Shown here: positions 62,301 to 64,000 of the stretch, piece after piece
Position numbering within the stretch: position 1 is the first letter of the stretch
How the letters are laid out: each line of letters starts with the position of its first letter
NCBI RefSeq assembly: GCF_001194135.2
Contig: NC_069003.1
Coordinates: 37,203,593-37,267,592, forward strand
Direction: 5' to 3'
DNA length: 64,000 nt
From: Octopus bimaculoides
Lineage: Eukaryota
Made by a program: the position numbers and the translations under genes
The notes under the pieces: model-generated
The model's database searches: none
The model's input: the letters and a program-made list of their open reading frames with translations, nothing else
Told to the model about the DNA's origin: nothing

Positions 62301-63863
62301 TTCATCGTCTTCATTTTGTTCTTCTGATAGAAGAGGAAATAAAAGCATAATCATTATAATGCCATTAGGAAAACAGTTGAAGAAAATAAACAATAAATCA
62401 AAAAAACAAAAGACAAACACCCAAAAAGGTTGAAACTCACTTCTGGCTTCCGTAACATCAAGAGATTAGAGAGAAGGTTAGTTTAATACAGGTAACTTTC
62501 CCAAACAAGCTTCATATACCTACTTCTTTACACAATTTAGGTAATCTTAGTCAATGTAAAATTAACCTCTTCTGTTCACAAACATAAGATAGTTTCAGTT
62601 GATTTGAACTTGTGATACACAAACTGGCCATAAGGTGACTTGCTACTGGCCATTTGGCTGTTACACAGAGATAAACATATGAATACAAAAAAAGAAAAGT
62701 ACCACCACCACCACCAGCAGCAGTGTTTTATTTACCTCCTCTGACATCTCAACCTTAATATTATTAAATATTGTCCAAAACTGTTCATCACAATTTACTT
62801 ACTGTCACTGCCGGTTATGACAATGACGGTTCCAATTGATTCAATCATGAAATTAATGTGTAAGTGGCTGAGCACTCTACACTTAACTTAGCCCTCAGTA
62901 ATATTCAGCGTGACGCTGAATATGACAAAGCTGGCCCTTTAAATTACAGGTACAACTCATTTTAACCAGTTGGGTGGACTGGAGCAACTTGTGTCTTTGA
63001 GCACAACCACAAGTAAAGACACTATAAGCAGTTGAATAAAGAAACCCATTTTTAGATATTTTCTGCTCAATATCATTACAAGACCAAGCTTTTGAGTTGG
63101 ATTTTCAGCAAGATGTTAAAAGTTAAACAAAAGAACTGAAAACGAATCTAAGCTTAACACTGTAAAAAATTTAATCAATTATCACCAAGCTACAAGTGCT
63201 AATGTATACCATATGAGGCTTACTAAAAGAAATGAATTCAAAAATAATTTTAATAAAATGAAGAATAACCAAATGAAAATGTCTCACCATCTGATTGTTC
63301 TTCCTGGTGTCCTGCCACCTTGTTATCTCTGATGTGATCCAATGAGTTAGTCACAAGTTTCTGAAACAATGGGCTGCCAGAGATGTTAGCCTGTTTCCAA
63401 TAGGTGATATAATGGTCCCAGAGTCGGTAAAGACAGCAAGTGGTTTTGCCAGTACCACTTCGGCCCAACACAATGACAGGTTCTTTACTGTTGTCAACTA
63501 TGATGTTAGATTCTGTTTCTTTTGCTTCAAATGGGAAAGAAGCATTCACCGTACTCTCCTGAAATATATATCTTACCAACGAAGAGGAAAAACGGTAGAA
63601 TTTCATAATATTCACTTCACTTTCACTATTAATAGAAAGATATGACTGACAGATGTCTTTGCCTTTATTGTCGTTACACTTGTCGAAGACACGTGGTAAC
63701 AATACACCAGTCGGTTTCTCAGTAGAGAGTACAGGTTTTAAATACTGAGGACAAGATAAACTAGCCTTGTAACATTTCACAATATTGTCTATAATGGATC
63801 TTAGCTTGTTTAAATTAAAAACCACTTTCCAGATACAAAGCACCTCTGAATACTGCTCCAGTT
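48618..63863 (-). CDS. TRANK1: TRANK1-like protein (UvrD/SF1 helicase core, TPR-like helical region, C-terminal zinc finger); 5'-partial
   Basis: Exons (- strand) 63863-63288, 62323-61719, 61350-60923, 60405-60249, 59695-59558, 59019-58914, 58275-58063, 57164-56842, 56686-56522, 54831-54615, 53997-53593, 51726-49412 (5648 nt, phases consistent), plus tentative 48683-48618. Motifs: VIVLGRSGTGKTTCCLYRLW, HLHQLFISRN, IYVDEVQDFTQAEL, LTGDTAQSIMRGVAFRF, LTCNYRSHSG, YFPESFD, IEFGAQQ, LTIAESKGLEFNDILLYNFF, ELKYLYTALTRAKHNIWIFD, STPEEW. These closely track vertebrate TRANK1. The N-terminal TPR/ankyrin part is not in the window. Confidence 0.9.
49412..51726 (-). CDS. TRANK1: TRANK1-like large exon (2315 nt, C-terminal region)
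   Basis: ttgcag acceptor at 51727; GCLEAVQFFMDLEP... open for 771 codons; ILPDLHCLLLWIEFF, AKRVFILGLCY, CSIC..HLKKPAH; donor CAG|gtgagt at 49411. Confidence 0.9.
53593..53997 (-). CDS. TRANK1: TRANK1-like exon
   Basis: GQVQSSMELLWQNNLFSESV...FKLVKVPIG; tag/gtaaga boundaries; phase 1-1. Confidence 0.85.
54615..54831 (-). CDS. TRANK1: TRANK1-like exon
   Basis: AANLY..EKMKAAL..LEDQLNFLEKKRLFKDAAELLRNNG; aag/gtatgg boundaries. Confidence 0.9.
54915..56010 (-). mobile_element. Degenerate RTE-clade LINE RT in a TRANK1-like intron, interrupted by a MITE
   Basis: KGKREE..IKMLNQVMKVTE, LIRDSIFLDGVQLGFVLESGTTNAIFLVRQL, LEMIDSFCYLCDVIS..RIRTCWRKFRKLLPLL. Confidence 0.82.
55314..55435. mobile_element. 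MITE left half nested in an RTE LINE
   Basis: ttaaccctttaatattcacattactctgtgaaatgtaat...tagaatgacattgtagg. Confidence 0.6.
56522..56686 (-). CDS. TRANK1: TRANK1-like exon (TPR-like; absent from ORF track)
   Basis: YKEAAVNFKNAKMYEEAVQCYLKISLYGKAVDVLHDAKQYNHAIELIQEYKSLQQ; tag/gttgat boundaries. Confidence 0.88.
56842..57164 (-). CDS. TRANK1: TRANK1-like exon (TPR-like), ends at a GC donor
   Basis: FARSSTPEEWFMKG..FEIAIKCFQKSG..SARLYRKCCK|gcatgt. Confidence 0.88.
58063..58275 (-). CDS. TRANK1: TRANK1-like exon (motif VI)
   Basis: HKVLNSELKYLYTALTRAKHNIWIFDTSNEKRTPVFEYF; cag/gtatgc boundaries. Confidence 0.93.
58914..59019 (-). CDS. TRANK1: TRANK1-like exon
   Basis: VTDEWRIITSYLQEL...; cag/gtgaat boundaries. 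Confidence 0.88.
59558..59695 (-). CDS. TRANK1: TRANK1-like exon (motif V)
   Basis: AILVANNQAKQELP..VLTIAESKGLEFNDILLYNFFKDSL; cag/gtacag boundaries. Confidence 0.92.
60249..60405 (-). CDS. TRANK1: TRANK1-like exon (absent from ORF track)
   Basis: RYFPESFDKTEKDIGTYEGPKPKIFEFCNNEDLAMLLGGDKQTTDLIEFGAQQ; cag/gtatgt boundaries. Confidence 0.92.
60923..61350 (-). CDS. TRANK1: TRANK1-like exon (motifs II-IV)
   Basis: IYVDEVQDF, LTGDTAQSI, LTCNYRSHSG; tag/gtatgt boundaries. Confidence 0.94.
61719..62323 (-). CDS. TRANK1: TRANK1-like exon (motif Ia region)
   Basis: HLHQLFISRNNCLC..FPIFLT..LLDASL..PYFFPRNED..EVTYDIF..HPTLIWTEITSIIKGS; donor gtttgt. Confidence 0.92.
63288..63863 (-). CDS. TRANK1: TRANK1-like exon (Walker A)
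   Basis: tttttag acceptor; NIMKFYRFS..FPF..EPVIVLGRSGTGKTTCCLYRLW; donor gtgaga. Confidence 0.92.
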
Positions 63864-63961
63864 CTAAAAAAAAAAACAAAGAGAGAGAAAAAGAGAGATA
63901 AGAGAAGAGTTATATGCATGTATGTATATATTTCTTGAGATACACACAAACACATTGAGAC

Positions 63962-64000
<39 letters not shown>

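Noticed and set aside
62441-62580. Possible micro-exons (cag|AAGAG|gttaat; ...ccagaa|gtgagt) in a TRANK1-like intron
   Set aside because: The flanking exons already join in phase (63288->62323); the acceptors are weak and there is no homology requirement.

Overview
AT-rich, intron-rich animal DNA from a fragmented short-read assembly, with 11 N-gaps mostly flanked by (AT)n/(TG)n. The SINE/LINE repertoire points to a coleoid cephalopod, probably Octopus (inference). Two spliced genes were reconstructed by hand with consistent intron phases. (1) A complete DEK chromatin protein gene on + (12 coding exons, 23713-42055, 408 aa), with a CCAAT/YY1-motif promoter. (2) The 3' ~1,900 codons of a TRANK1-like UvrD/SF1 helicase-TPR gene on - (12 firm exons, 63863-49412, plus a tentative last exon); its 5' part lies beyond the window end, all helicase motifs are intact, and one intron is GC-AG. 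The two genes converge tail-to-tail. Positions 1-23 kb contain no identifiable protein, only SINEs, RTE-LINE remnants, TTAA-flanked MITEs, microsatellites and several CpG-rich segments with strong splice signals that suggest an unannotated transcription unit. No prokaryote-type system, CRISPR array, rRNA or intact tRNA was found. Family assignments come from recalled motifs, not database searches.
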